DNA of 38,638 bases from an uncultured Clostridia bacterium (GCA_937914725.1 CALDMJ010000078.1:1-38638), one strand, 5' to 3'. Positions 1 to 9,544 are shown, numbered from the stretch's first letter. Made by a program: numbers and translations. The notes: generated by a model from the letters alone, not told the origin.

Positions 1-12
1 CTCAAATAATAC

Positions 13-36
13 AAAAAGTGGCATACACCACTTTTT
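13..36 (-). terminator. Rho-independent terminator after the DD-carboxypeptidase gene
   Basis: Inverted repeat AAAAGTGG (14-21) / CCACTTTT (28-35) with a 6-nt loop. On the minus strand it is followed by TTTTTGTATT, about 10 nt past the stop at 47. Confidence 0.5.
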
Positions 37-46
37 CAATTTGCAT

Positions 47-1201
47 TTACGCAATGATTTGTTTGATTGCATCAAATATAGTTGTCTTTTTGACATCTTG
101 GTCGATTGTGATTTTGATTTCCTTAATTACAACGCCGTCTTTCATAACATACGCGATGCCGATTTCATCTCCCGCTTTGAGTGGCGCGCTAATGCTTTGA
201 TTGATTTCTACTTTTGTCGTAATCTCGCTTTGTTCGCCTCTTTTTGTCACGCAACTATAGCCTTCGCTGAGAACTGGCGTGATTCCCTTAATTTTGGCTT
301 TTGAAACCTTTACTGGGTCAAGTTTTTGCCCCTTTTCAAAAATTGTTTTGTTTTCATAATTTGCAAAAGCCCAATCTAGCAAACTTGCACTTTCGCTAAA
401 GCGTTTAGCGCCACTTTCAGCGCCAATAACTACTGAGATGACGCGCAAATCGTTTTTCTTAGCACTAGACGCGATACAGTAGCCCGCTTCTTTTGTCGAA
501 CCCGTTTTGCCCGCGTCGCAGCCCGCATAATAGCGGATGAGTTTGTTTGTGTTGGTAAGTCCCGTAATTCTACCTGACGGGTGAACCAAATCTTCCATCC
601 AAATAGTGCTGTACTTAAAATACAAGTCGTGGTTAAGCACTTGCCTTAGCAAAATTGCAACATCTTTGGCGCAAGAATATCCGTCGACCGCTGGTAGCCC
701 CGTCGCGTTTGCGTAGTGCGTCATTGTCATTGACAACTCGTTTGCGCGCGCGTTCATTTTTTGGACGAAACTTTGTTCATTTCCCGCGATTGTCTCGGCA
801 AGCGCAACGCTTGCGTCATTTGCGGACGCAATGATTGTGCTTTTCAAAAGTTGGTCGACCGTATATTCACTGCCCGCATCCAAAAACACTTGGCTGCCGC
901 CCATTCCCGCAGCGTTTTTGGACACGCAAATTTTTTGGTCGAGTGATAGCGCGCCGTTATCTATGCTTTCCATTGTGAGCAAGACGGTCATCAGTTTTAC
1001 CATACTTGCGATAGGACGTTTTTGCGTTTCGTCTTTAGACAGCAAGATTTCGCCACTGCCCGCGTCGGCAACGACAACTGATTTTGCAGTCAGCGAGTCG
1101 ACAAGACTTTCGGCAGTAACCGCGCTAAACACTGGTATGTTTGATATAAGCATATGCACGCCCAAAATCGCCGTCGCAATTATTGTTGTTATTTTTTTCA
1201 T
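47..1201 (-). CDS. D-alanyl-D-alanine carboxypeptidase (peptidase S11, PBP5/DacB/DacF type)
   Basis: 384-aa ORF with an N-terminal signal sequence. It carries the SxxK (SMVK), SxN (SAN in IIASANDA) and KTG (KTGST) active-site boxes of low-molecular-weight PBPs. Confidence 0.9.
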   Translation of the reverse strand: MKKITTIIATAILGVHMLISNIPVFSAVTAESLVDSLTAKSVVVADAGSGEILLSKDETQKRPIASMVKLMTVLLTMESIDNGALSLDQKICVSKNAAGMGGSQVFLDAGSEYTVDQLLKSTIIASANDASVALAETIAGNEQSFVQKMNARANELSMTMTHYANATGLPAVDGYSCAKDVAILLRQVLNHDLYFKYSTIWMEDLVHPSGRITGLTNTNKLIRYYAGCDAGKTGSTKEAGYCIASSAKKNDLRVISVVIGAESGAKRFSESASLLDWAFANYENKTIFEKGQKLDPVKVSKAKIKGITPVLSEGYSCVTKRGEQSEITTKVEINQSISAPLKAGDEIGIAYVMKDGVVIKEIKITIDQDVKKTTIFDAIKQIIA

Positions 1202-1220
1202 AGTTTTTCCCTCCTATTAC

Positions 1221-2360
1221 CTAAAACTTGTTGATAATGTCCTTGATTTTATCAATTATTGCGTCCGATTCAATATTTTCCATTGTGAGAATATCCGTTT
1301 CAAACATTAGTTTATCCCCAAAGTAAACACGCGCTGTGCCGACCTTTGTTTCGGCTTTTATTGGTGCTTTCAAAGTGTTTGGCAGGTCATAATCGACGCT
1401 AATTTTTGCTTGCTCTTCTTTTGTAAGCGGATATTTATAACCTTGCGGATTGTACACGCGGACTTTATTTTTTTCGCCGTTTTCCACATTTATGCTGCAA
1501 ATGTAATTATATGGTGGGAGAACATCGGCATTTTCATATCGGTCGAACGCTTTATTTAATAAATCCGCACTTTCTTCAAACATTGGTCCGCAATTAAGCA
1601 CAACGCACACTGCAGTCATATTCCCGCGCTTGACTGCTGAAACAAGGCATCTTCCCGCCCCTTTTGTAAAGCCAGTTTTGACCCCAACACAGCCGTCAAG
1701 CGAATTAAGTAAACGATTCTTGTTGACAAGATACCTTGTTCCCGTTTCGCCCCCGCTGATTTTTATATTTTTGGTTGAAACAATTTCCGCAAAGGTTTTG
1801 TTTTGCAACGCCCTGCTTGTTATTAGCGCTAAGTCATACGCGGTCGTATAATGCCCGTCCGCGTCTAGCCCGTGCGGATTGACAAAGTGGCTGTTTTTTG
1901 CGCCGCACTCAAGCGCCGTTTGATTCATCATTTCGGCAAATGCCTCAATCGAATCGGCACAATGGAGCGCCAGCGCGACGCTCGCATCGTTACCGCTGCG
2001 GAGCATTAGCCCGTACAAAAGTTCGCGCGCGGTCAAAACTTCACCACTCTTTAGATAGATTGAAGTACCTTCAATGCCGATTGCTTTATCACTAATTTTA
2101 AATGGTTCGTCGAGGTTTTTGCAATGCTTTATAACAGTATAGGCGGTTACAATTTTGGTCGTGCTTGCCATTTTAAGTTTTTCATTCATATTTTTACTAT
2201 ATAAAACTCTACCGCTCTCCATTTCCAGCACCGCCATACCGCGAGCGCTGCAGTTTTGCGCCGAAACTTGTGGTAGATTTACTGAAAATGAATTGATAAT
2301 CAATATAAAACTCATCACAATAAAGACTGCAAGCGCAAATTTTGAATATATTTTTGTCAT
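1221..2360 (-). CDS. D-alanyl-D-alanine carboxypeptidase, second tandem paralog
   Basis: 379-aa ORF with a signal/TM segment and the boxes STTK, SGN (LRSGNDA) and KTGFT. It sits 19 nt upstream of the first paralog on the same strand. Confidence 0.9.
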   Translation of the reverse strand: MTKIYSKFALAVFIVMSFILIINSFSVNLPQVSAQNCSARGMAVLEMESGRVLYSKNMNEKLKMASTTKIVTAYTVIKHCKNLDEPFKISDKAIGIEGTSIYLKSGEVLTARELLYGLMLRSGNDASVALALHCADSIEAFAEMMNQTALECGAKNSHFVNPHGLDADGHYTTAYDLALITSRALQNKTFAEIVSTKNIKISGGETGTRYLVNKNRLLNSLDGCVGVKTGFTKGAGRCLVSAVKRGNMTAVCVVLNCGPMFEESADLLNKAFDRYENADVLPPYNYICSINVENGEKNKVRVYNPQGYKYPLTKEEQAKISVDYDLPNTLKAPIKAETKVGTARVYFGDKLMFETDILTMENIESDAIIDKIKDIINKF

Positions 2361-2803
2361 TTGCTCTCTCCATTTTCTTTTTCATTATTCTTGTTTTTTG
2401 CCTCACTTACCACTTTGCTTGCTTGAGTCTTTAGATATGTTTTTGCTAGATCGGAAACAATGTCAGCAAGTTTTTTATAAGCAGGTTCTTCCTGAATGCT
2501 GATAAGTTCAAAATTGCCTTCGCGCCCCACCAAAAAGCCGATAGGCTTGACCGAAAAGCCCGCACCTGAGCCGCCCGAAAATGGGTAGGCGGAGCGCTTT
2601 TTTTGTGCGCAAGGCGCAGTATACTCTCCACCGCCCGCGACAAAGCCAACCGAAACCTTTGTTATAGGAATGATGACACTTCCGTCGTCTAACCCCACGG
2701 GATCACCCATTACTGTATCAACATCAATTATGTTTTTCAAATTCCCCATTGATTGTTCCAAAATTCTTGAAACTGGGTCATCCTTTATTCCTTCCTCTTT
2801 CAT
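2357..2803 (-). CDS. ytfJ: Sporulation protein YtfJ (GerW family)
   Basis: The ORF contains VIIPITKVSVGFVAGGGEY and PFSGGSGAGFSVKPIGFLV, typical of YtfJ/GerW. I chose the ATG at 2803 because AGGAGA lies about 6 nt upstream, whereas the ORF-track start at 2905 has no RBS. It overlaps the dac start by 4 nt. Confidence 0.8.
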   Translation of the reverse strand: MKEEGIKDDPVSRILEQSMGNLKNIIDVDTVMGDPVGLDDGSVIIPITKVSVGFVAGGGEYTAPCAQKKRSAYPFSGGSGAGFSVKPIGFLVGREGNFELISIQEEPAYKKLADIVSDLAKTYLKTQASKVVSEAKNKNNEKENGESK

Positions 2804-2891
2804 CGCTCTCTCCTTTTCATTTTCATTATTTTTCCTAAAATTTGAAAAATATTGCATATTTTTTTTTATTTTTTTATATTTTTGTGTTATT

Positions 2892-3491
2892 TTAATTTCC
2901 AACATTTACTTTTGTTTCATTTTTTTGTTTTTCTAAATTTAATTCTTTTATGCGTTTGTGCGCCTTAAGTAGAGATTTTACAAAACTAAAGAGCGCGTCA
3001 AAAAGCGTTATTGAAAAAACAACTTCCACACTAAGCGACAACTTGTTTTGACAAAACAACGCTTCATTGTCGACTGTGTGATACGAGCCCGCTTTGCGCG
3101 AAAAAATTTGCGCAAAGATAAGGTCAATCATAAATAACACTGCGCCAGAAATAACCGCCGTTGCCATTGCATTGTCTTTTTTGCCGACTTCGGCACAAAT
3201 ATAAGTGTCACGCAAAACGATTTTGCGGATGATAGAATTGATAAACAAATTGAGAAAAATCAATTTTTTATCTTCTTTAGTGAGTTCGATTTTTGTTTCC
3301 TTGTTCCTTTTGTTTCGCGCAGTAATTTCGCCGTCCGAAATCAAAAACTTTTCCGCAAGCAAATGTATGCCCCACATATTTAGGACAATCGCACCCTTGT
3401 TGTGCAACAAATTGATGTAAAACATAAAAGTAAATTTGAGCGGAACAAAAAACAAAAACACAACCACTGCTACAATAATTTCTATTACCAT
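2892..3491 (-). CDS. DUF2953 / YtfI-like sporulation membrane protein
   Basis: 199-aa ORF with an N-terminal TM helix and a central GKKDNAMATAVISGAV segment resembling DUF2953. Its position directly upstream of ytfJ mirrors the Bacillus ytfI-ytfJ pair. The family assignment is from memory and was not searched. Confidence 0.55.
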   Translation of the reverse strand: MVIEIIVAVVVFLFFVPLKFTFMFYINLLHNKGAIVLNMWGIHLLAEKFLISDGEITARNKRNKETKIELTKEDKKLIFLNLFINSIIRKIVLRDTYICAEVGKKDNAMATAVISGAVLFMIDLIFAQIFSRKAGSYHTVDNEALFCQNKLSLSVEVVFSITLFDALFSFVKSLLKAHKRIKELNLEKQKNETKVNVGN

Positions 3492-3542
3492 ATTTTAGTA
3501 TTTTTGAAAACGATAAAAATATACTCCACGTAAACAAATCTG

Positions 3543-3571
3543 TTGCGAAAAATGCGTTTTTGTGTTATAAT
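3543..3571 (+). promoter_or_regulatory. Sigma-A type promoter with extended -10 for the MBL hydrolase gene
   Basis: TTGCGA (3543-3548), a 17-nt spacer, and TGT-TATAAT (3563-3571), located 18 nt upstream of the ATG at 3589. Confidence 0.6.
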
Positions 3572-3588
3572 TTCAAAAAGGTTATAAA

Positions 3589-4380
3589 ATGAACAAAATC
3601 AATATTACTGTTTTGGGCAGCGGCAGTAAAGGCAACTGCACTTTGGTCGAAACACAAAATACCAAACTACTCATTGACTGCGGCTTTTCCGCGCGCGAAA
3701 CCGTCAAACGCTTGGAAAGCGTGGGCGTCAACCCAACTGAAATCAACGCCATTTTACTGACTCACGAACATAAAGACCACACGGCTGGCGTGGCAACTTT
3801 CGCAAAAAAGTTTGAAGTACCCGTCTTTGGCAACGAAATTTCGCTTGCTGAATATACGCGCTCGACCGACGCGCCAGACATTGAGTTTAACGATTTCAAA
3901 ACGGATGACTTTTATTTCCGCGAATTGACGATTGCGCCTTTTGAAGTTTCACACGACTCGCGCCACTGCAATGGCTACGCCATTTACTGTGAAGGCGAAA
4001 AATTTAGTTTAGCAACTGACCTAGGCTACGTCGATGAAAGAATACTCGCGAGTATGGAGGGCAGCCAAACAATCGTCCTTGAATCCAACCACGAACCCGA
4101 CTACCTAATGGCAAACCCACACTACCCCGCCATACTTAAGGAGCGCATTGCAGGGCGTCGCGGACACCTTTCAAACCAAGATTGTGCAAACGCGATTTTG
4201 CAACTTGCAAAAAGCGGCACGCAAAATTTTGTACTTGCTCACCTAAGTCACGAAAATAACACACCACAAAAAGCAAAACAAATAACATCTACATTACTAA
4301 GTTCATACGGCGCTGACGTAAATAACGAAATAAAAATTGATGTGGCAAGTCAAGAATTTGCAGTAAAACCAACATTATAA
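3589..4380 (+). CDS. MBL-fold metallo-hydrolase (YycJ/WalJ-like)
   Basis: 263-aa ORF with the HEHKDH (HxHxDH) metal-binding motif and later conserved His/Asp positions (HDSRH, ESNHEPD, AHLSHENN). Confidence 0.85.
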   Translation: MNKINITVLGSGSKGNCTLVETQNTKLLIDCGFSARETVKRLESVGVNPTEINAILLTHEHKDHTAGVATFAKKFEVPVFGNEISLAEYTRSTDAPDIEFNDFKTDDFYFRELTIAPFEVSHDSRHCNGYAIYCEGEKFSLATDLGYVDERILASMEGSQTIVLESNHEPDYLMANPHYPAILKERIAGRRGHLSNQDCANAILQLAKSGTQNFVLAHLSHENNTPQKAKQITSTLLSSYGADVNNEIKIDVASQEFAVKPTL

Positions 4381-4410
4381 ATGTAGTTTTGTACGTAAAA
4401 CTACATTTAT
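4381..4410 (+). terminator. Putative terminator hairpin after the MBL hydrolase gene
   Basis: ATGTAGTTTT (4381-4390) / AAAACTACAT (4397-4406) gives a 10-bp stem with a 6-nt loop immediately after the stop. The trailing T-tract is weak (TTAT). Confidence 0.4.
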
Positions 4411-4539
4411 GCACACTACACTGCCTTTTTACAAAACTGTATTATACTTTTAAACCAACAAAACAAACAAAAATTGCACACTATGTTGCGTTGTTTGTAT
4501 AGCATAACTTATAAAAATTGCAGGAATACTGCATAAACA

Positions 4540-4571
4540 AGAAAAGAGGACGTGTGACGCCCTCTTTTCTA
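4540..4571 (-). terminator. Terminator hairpin at the 3' end of the glycosyltransferase gene
   Basis: AGAAAAGAGG (4540-4549) / CCTCTTTTCT (4561-4570) gives a 10-bp stem that overlaps the stop codon. On the minus strand it is followed by a T-rich run. Confidence 0.55.
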
Positions 4572-5768
4572 CTTATCATTATTTTCTTTGTTTTGTTTAT
4601 ATTCCTCAATAATTTGTTTATATGCATCCATTAATTTATCAGTGCATTGCGCCCAATTTATGTACAAAGTTTTTCCCGCATTTTTTCCAATTTGTTCTAG
4701 TTTATCTCTGTCGGCAACGGCTCGCATAATGGTTTCAGCATAATTTTCGACATTGTCGTCGCACAAAAAACCGTTTTCACCGTCAACGATTTCACAGCCC
4801 GCGCAAGAATCTTTGACAAAGACGCCTGCAGTGTCATACGCTGCCGCCTCAACTTTGACAAGCCCAAAGTTATCATATAGTGATGGAAACAATAGCAAGT
4901 TTGCACGCGAGTTGATGAGCGGGAATTTTTCACGCTCCAAAAATCCTGTGAAAATAACTTCGTCATCAGTAAAGCCAAGTTTTTTTGCATACTTTTGCGT
5001 GCTTTCTAGGTCAACACCTTTGCCAACGACATAGAATTTAAATTTGACTCCCTTTTCTTTGACAATCTTCAAGGCGTCTAGCGTGAAGTTAATGCGTTTT
5101 AGTTTCATAACGCGCCCAACATAAAGGAATACTAATTCATCTTCTTTCAAGTTAAATACTTCGTTTGCTTTAGCAACATTTGCCGCGATTTCATCGCTTG
5201 ATGCCTTACTAAGTTCGGTTCCGTACGGCAAATAAATTATGTCCCCTTTATAACCAAAGGAACGCGCTTGTTCCGCCACTTTGTCGCTGCAAACAAATAT
5301 CTTGTCAAATTTATTGTAGCGCCTACCCAGATGCTTGACAAACAATTCCGCCAGCCACTTGATTTTGAACACCTTTTGAAAAATAGGTCTAAAGTTTGAG
5401 TGGAAAGTCGCAACGCAAGGTATCCCCTTTTTCTTTGCAGTCTTTAGAGCAAATTTTGCCATATTAAACGGCGAATGAACGTGCACGATGTCAAACTCGG
5501 CTTCTTTGACAAGCTTTTTGAATTTTCTATCTGCATTGGGCAAGCAATAATATTGACGCAAAATTGGAATATATAAACTCTTGCAGCGCACAATCTTGTA
5601 CGGCAATTTTGAGTCATCCGCTTTTTTGTGGCGCGGAACAGTCGCGACAAGTGTGCATTTGTCATACAAGTTCATACAATAGTTGTGCATACATTGTATG
5701 ACGCCGTCCACATCAGGCAAATAAACATCCATTGCCATCATCACGCGAATATTTTTGTTTTCTTCCAT
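4569..5768 (-). CDS. Glycosyltransferase family 4 (GT-B fold)
   Basis: 399-aa ORF. The C-terminal half carries the GT4 signature region FPSLYDNFGLVKVEAAA (an EX7E-like box) and the N-terminal half is Rossmann-like. Confidence 0.8.
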   Translation of the reverse strand: MEENKNIRVMMAMDVYLPDVDGVIQCMHNYCMNLYDKCTLVATVPRHKKADDSKLPYKIVRCKSLYIPILRQYYCLPNADRKFKKLVKEAEFDIVHVHSPFNMAKFALKTAKKKGIPCVATFHSNFRPIFQKVFKIKWLAELFVKHLGRRYNKFDKIFVCSDKVAEQARSFGYKGDIIYLPYGTELSKASSDEIAANVAKANEVFNLKEDELVFLYVGRVMKLKRINFTLDALKIVKEKGVKFKFYVVGKGVDLESTQKYAKKLGFTDDEVIFTGFLEREKFPLINSRANLLLFPSLYDNFGLVKVEAAAYDTAGVFVKDSCAGCEIVDGENGFLCDDNVENYAETIMRAVADRDKLEQIGKNAGKTLYINWAQCTDKLMDAYKQIIEEYKQNKENNDK

Positions 5769-6030
5769 AATTTTAATCCCCTACCATTAAAAAATCACCG
5801 CAGAACAAGTTTTTCTAACCCTTTACCACTTGATTTTCTTGATTATACCAAAAAAGCGCCAAAAAGTAAACTTTTTGCGCTCATTTTGTTTGTTTTTTTT
5901 ATTCCCTAGAGTAAATGTATTTCAATGTTTTTAATCACATAGATGTAATCAAAATAAAAAACATTTTTTTAATTGTTGATACCCAAAATAAATCTATCTT
6001 TGATATAACCAAAACTGTATATAAGCCCTA

Positions 6031-6068
6031 AAAAAGTCGATTAAAAAATATCACTTAATCGGCTTTTT
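6031..6068 (-). terminator. Rho-independent terminator of lysK
   Basis: AAAAAGTCGATTAA / TTAATCGGCTTTTT inverted repeat with one G-T wobble and a 10-nt loop. On the minus strand the hairpin is followed by TTTTT, 15 nt after the stop. Confidence 0.65.
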
Positions 6069-6082
6069 AGTATTATTTTTTT

Positions 6083-7651
6083 TTAGAATTTCAACAAGTT
6101 TAGGTATGAATCTTTGTTTGCTGCTGCCATAAATAGGTAAAGGCGGGGTCCGTCGTTTCTACCAAACAACAGGTTGTAGATATTCTTGAAGTGCAGTTTT
6201 TGTCTTTCAATGTTTTCTTTTTTAGAAAGTGTTGCATCATTTATGATTGTATACAAATATGTTTGAATTTCACTTTCGGTAAAATCATTATTTGCGACAT
6301 AGTCATACAATTTTGCAATGACGTCTTTTTCTTCATCCGTCAGGGTTGCATAGTATTCAGTGTTTGCGCTTTGGAGCAAATCGTATTTCTTCTCAGGATT
6401 GTATGTTTCAATCCAGTTCTTTACTTTTTCGACTCTGCCAAAACTTTCACTATCAAACTTGACACCCGCTTTTGCAAGCGCTTTTTGCAGCGCTTCGATA
6501 TTAAAGTCGACAATCGGCGCGACGCTTGAGATAATTCCAAACCCAGTTTTTTCGACAAGTTTTGCATCACCAAACAACAATGAAATCAAATCTTTTTCAA
6601 AATCGTTGAGTTCGCCCTTATTTGCCCTTGCAATCAATTTATCAAACTCTGAATAGTGGCGAATCATAGTGTCGTTGAAAGCAAATTCAAACGCTTCTTC
6701 AGGTCTATATTTTGCAAACAACCATTCAATGATAATCGGCTCATAGATTTCAAGCAATTTTGCTGGCGTGATGTTATTTCCCGAGGAACTGTGCATACTG
6801 CCAAGCCCTTGAATGCCGAGCCAGCCGTAACCTTGGAACAGTGGTGCTTGTCCGCCAAAAATTTCCTTGACAATCACTTTTGCGACATCGTAACTGCCGT
6901 TTGGCGTCGCGTGGTCGATGCCGCCGGGTTCAAAGTCGACGCCTTCATATACCCAACGCATAGGCCAGTCCACTTTCCACGAAAGTTTAATCAAATGATA
7001 ATCGCGGACATTGACGCGATGTTCACACCCACAGTTGTTGCAGTAGTATACAAGTTCATTTGTCTTTTCATCGAAACTAACGACTTTGGTCAAATCTTTT
7101 TTGCATTCTTCGCAATAAACGGAAATAGGATAATAGTTTTCCCTGTCCTCATCACTAGCGTCTTGTGTCTTAAATGACATCAAAATGTCGTAAATTTGTT
7201 TACGTTTTGCAAGTGCTAAAATGATTTGGTCAGTGTATTTGCCCGATGTGTAATACTCAGTTTGACGCCTAATATCAAGTTTAATTCCAAACTCTGCAAG
7301 AGATTTTTCAAACTCGTGTTCAAAGTGCATTCCGTACGAAACATCGGTCTTGAAGGGGTCTTCTATAAATGTATAAGGAATACCGATATTTTTTTCAAAG
7401 CCATCGACAACGCTTGCAATATTTGATGGGACTTTTCTCAGTCTGTCAAAATCATCCCAACTGAGCATAAGTCTTGCCTTTTTCCCTCTCAGCGCAAGCG
7501 CCCTTGCCACAAACATACTGGTTGCGACATCGCGAAAATTGCCGATATGCACCGAGCCCGACGGACTAATTCCGCACGCGCAAACATATTCTTCCTTATT
7601 AGGTTTTTCAGCAATTAACCTATCCGCAATTTCAAAAGCCCAATGAGCCAT
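6083..7651 (-). CDS. lysK: Lysine--tRNA ligase, class I
   Basis: 522-aa ORF. The N-terminus MAHWAFEIADRLI...GISPSGSVHIGNFRD carries the class-I HIGH box. A degenerate KMSKS region reads GSMHSSSGNNITP, and the C-terminus ends in GRNDGPRLYLFM. It is colinear with archaeal and spirochaetal class-I LysRS as I remember them. AGGAGG lies 5 nt upstream of the ATG. Confidence 0.9.
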   Translation of the reverse strand: MAHWAFEIADRLIAEKPNKEEYVCACGISPSGSVHIGNFRDVATSMFVARALALRGKKARLMLSWDDFDRLRKVPSNIASVVDGFEKNIGIPYTFIEDPFKTDVSYGMHFEHEFEKSLAEFGIKLDIRRQTEYYTSGKYTDQIILALAKRKQIYDILMSFKTQDASDEDRENYYPISVYCEECKKDLTKVVSFDEKTNELVYYCNNCGCEHRVNVRDYHLIKLSWKVDWPMRWVYEGVDFEPGGIDHATPNGSYDVAKVIVKEIFGGQAPLFQGYGWLGIQGLGSMHSSSGNNITPAKLLEIYEPIIIEWLFAKYRPEEAFEFAFNDTMIRHYSEFDKLIARANKGELNDFEKDLISLLFGDAKLVEKTGFGIISSVAPIVDFNIEALQKALAKAGVKFDSESFGRVEKVKNWIETYNPEKKYDLLQSANTEYYATLTDEEKDVIAKLYDYVANNDFTESEIQTYLYTIINDATLSKKENIERQKLHFKNIYNLLFGRNDGPRLYLFMAAANKDSYLNLLKF

Positions 7652-7670
7652 AACATCCTCCTAAAAAAAA

Positions 7671-7746
7671 TGGTGACCCATCCGAGGCTCGAACTCGGGA
7701 CAACTTGATTAAAAGTCAAGTGCTCTACCTACTGAGCTAATGAGTC
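7671..7746 (-). tRNA. tRNA-Lys (anticodon UUU), CCA encoded
   Basis: I folded the reverse complement by hand. Acceptor GACTCAT/ATGGGTC has one G-U pair. The D-arm is GCTC-AGTAGGTA-GAGC. The anticodon arm is CTTGA-CTTTTAA-TCAAG, giving UUU. The T-arm is CCGAG-TTCGAGC-CTCGG, followed by discriminator A and CCA. Total length is 76 nt. Confidence 0.92.
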
Positions 7747-7765
7747 ATCCATATTAACAACGCAA

Positions 7766-7794
7766 ATTATAACAAATAAAAACAAAAAATGCAA
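7766..7794 (-). promoter_or_regulatory. Consensus sigma-A promoter driving tRNA-Lys and probably lysK
   Basis: On the minus strand: TTGCAT (7794-7789), a 17-nt spacer, and TATAAT (7771-7766). The -10 box ends 19 nt upstream of the tRNA 5' end. Confidence 0.65.
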
Positions 7795-8165
7795 CCCCTT
7801 TGCACTAAAAAATTGCAAATACTTGCATTTTATTCCCCTTGTTACTTATCAAAGTAAATTTCTAGCAGTTTTTATTTGACTGCTGGCGCGTCCAAAATTA
7901 CTATAGCCACTTAATATTTTTTATCTCCTTTCGCGAGATTTTTCCACGTCGGCAAGTGCTAAATTTCTGCCTTTTGTCGAATTGACAACAGGGTGGGTGA
8001 CTTGCCATAACGGTAACGAAGTTTTCTTTAAATTTTAACGTTTTAAAATTTATACACTTTCCATCATAATTTTTTCATTTTGCTATTGCATTTTTTGGGG
8101 AAATATGGTAACATTTTACCAAGATGTTTGACGTGCGTGATTGCGGTCAAACAAAGGATGAAACT

Positions 8166-8669
8166 ATGGATAAACTTGAACAATATTTGAACAATTTAAA
8201 TGCTATTGATGACGAACTTTTGGAACTCAGCAAAGGCTGCAGTATGCTCCCTATGTACGCGTTTGTCGAACTTAGACGTAGGCAACTTTTGAAGCGCCGC
8301 GCTGTTGCTGCAAAAAATTATTATTTAGCTTTTGCTAAGCAAAACCCACATAGTTTGTGGATTGTTGACTATTTGGAAAAAGACACCCCGATTTCCTTTA
8401 TCAGTGAAACGCTAAACTGCACCACCACAGTCAAGGAATTGTGCAAATTGTACAGGCTTGAGTGCAACGAACGCGGCGTTCGAGAAATTGAAAAATACGG
8501 GTTTTGCAATACGTATACGTACGTCGACCGAAATGGCAAATGTACAACGACTGAAATGGCAACTCCGCTCGGGCAAATTAGGTTACTGACGGACGAAAGA
8601 ACGACTTTGCAAGTCGCAAAACGCGCGCAACTTGCTTACAATCAACGCGATGATTCTTGTCAGCGCTAA
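8166..8669 (+). CDS. Hypothetical protein
   Basis: The ORF 8124-8669 has an internal ATG at 8166 preceded by AAGGA 8 nt upstream, which I prefer as the start. I recognised no motif. Confidence 0.5.
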   Translation: MDKLEQYLNNLNAIDDELLELSKGCSMLPMYAFVELRRRQLLKRRAVAAKNYYLAFAKQNPHSLWIVDYLEKDTPISFISETLNCTTTVKELCKLYRLECNERGVREIEKYGFCNTYTYVDRNGKCTTTEMATPLGQIRLLTDERTTLQVAKRAQLAYNQRDDSCQR

Positions 8670-8815
8670 GCCACTCGCAAGCACACGCTATAATACCCTG
8701 CGCAGATTTTTATATTGAGATAATTTACAGCAACAAGATGCAAAAAATATTTTAATCGAGCAGAAACAGCAATACGTATTTAACTACACACATAAATTAC
8801 AAGGGGCAACAAAAT

Positions 8816-9520
8816 ATGGATAAATACAAAAAGGAAATGCCAATTTCCTACACGTTTGGCATTTTTCCCACATTTGAACTTTTGAAGCACAAAACCACAT
8901 ATGTACAAAAGGTTATGGTCCACGAAAAGTTGACCATAACCCCAGACATCCAAAATATGCTTGATTTTTGCAAGCAGCACGACATTCTTGTCGAATTTTG
9001 CACCAAGCAAATCGAAAAAATCGCCGACAAAGAAAACACAATGGTTGTGGGCGTTTTTTCAAAGTATGAAGCCACAATTGAGCGCGGGAAAAATCATATT
9101 GTGCTTGTCAACCCTAGCGATATGGGTAATCTCGGTACAATTATGCGCACAGCGCTTGGCTTTGACGTCAAAAACATCGCGATAATTGCGCCGTGCGTCG
9201 ATATTTTCAACCCGAAGGCAATTCGCGCGTCGATGGGTGCGGTTTTTTCTTTGAATATTCAAATTTACAACAGTTTCGCCGAATATTTAACACAGCACGG
9301 CAACAATCATATGTATCCATTTATGCTAAAAGGCACGCAGACGTTGCAAACGCTTGGTAAGCCTTGTGCGCCTTTCTCACTGATTTTTGGAAACGAAGGC
9401 AGCGGGCTTGACGATAGTTTTCTTTCGATTGGCACAAGTGTTGTAATCAAGCACTCGCCCGCGATTGACTCACTCAATCTCGCCATATCCGTCGCCCTCG
9501 CCCTTTACACCATGCGATAG
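8816..9520 (+). CDS. TrmH/SpoU-family RNA 2'-O-methyltransferase
   Basis: 234-aa ORF with SpoU-methylase motifs NLGTIMRTALGF, FGNEGSGL and SLNLAISVAL. Confidence 0.85.
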   Translation: MDKYKKEMPISYTFGIFPTFELLKHKTTYVQKVMVHEKLTITPDIQNMLDFCKQHDILVEFCTKQIEKIADKENTMVVGVFSKYEATIERGKNHIVLVNPSDMGNLGTIMRTALGFDVKNIAIIAPCVDIFNPKAIRASMGAVFSLNIQIYNSFAEYLTQHGNNHMYPFMLKGTQTLQTLGKPCAPFSLIFGNEGSGLDDSFLSIGTSVVIKHSPAIDSLNLAISVALALYTMR

Positions 9521-9544
9521 CGCACTGAGAACATAAATGATGAA

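Noticed and set aside
831-1310. A 159-aa plus-strand ORF. Similar long antisense ORFs lie at 6656-7177, 28844-29326, 31923-32342 and 37795-38202.
   Set aside because: Each is embedded opposite a gene with clear family motifs, has no RBS and has hydrophobic or low-complexity composition.
7652-8123. A T-box or other riboswitch leader for lysK.
   Set aside because: The structured element directly upstream folds as a complete canonical tRNA-Lys with encoded CCA, not a T-box. I saw no specifier loop or T-box consensus further upstream. The hairpins at 7860-8050 remain unassigned.
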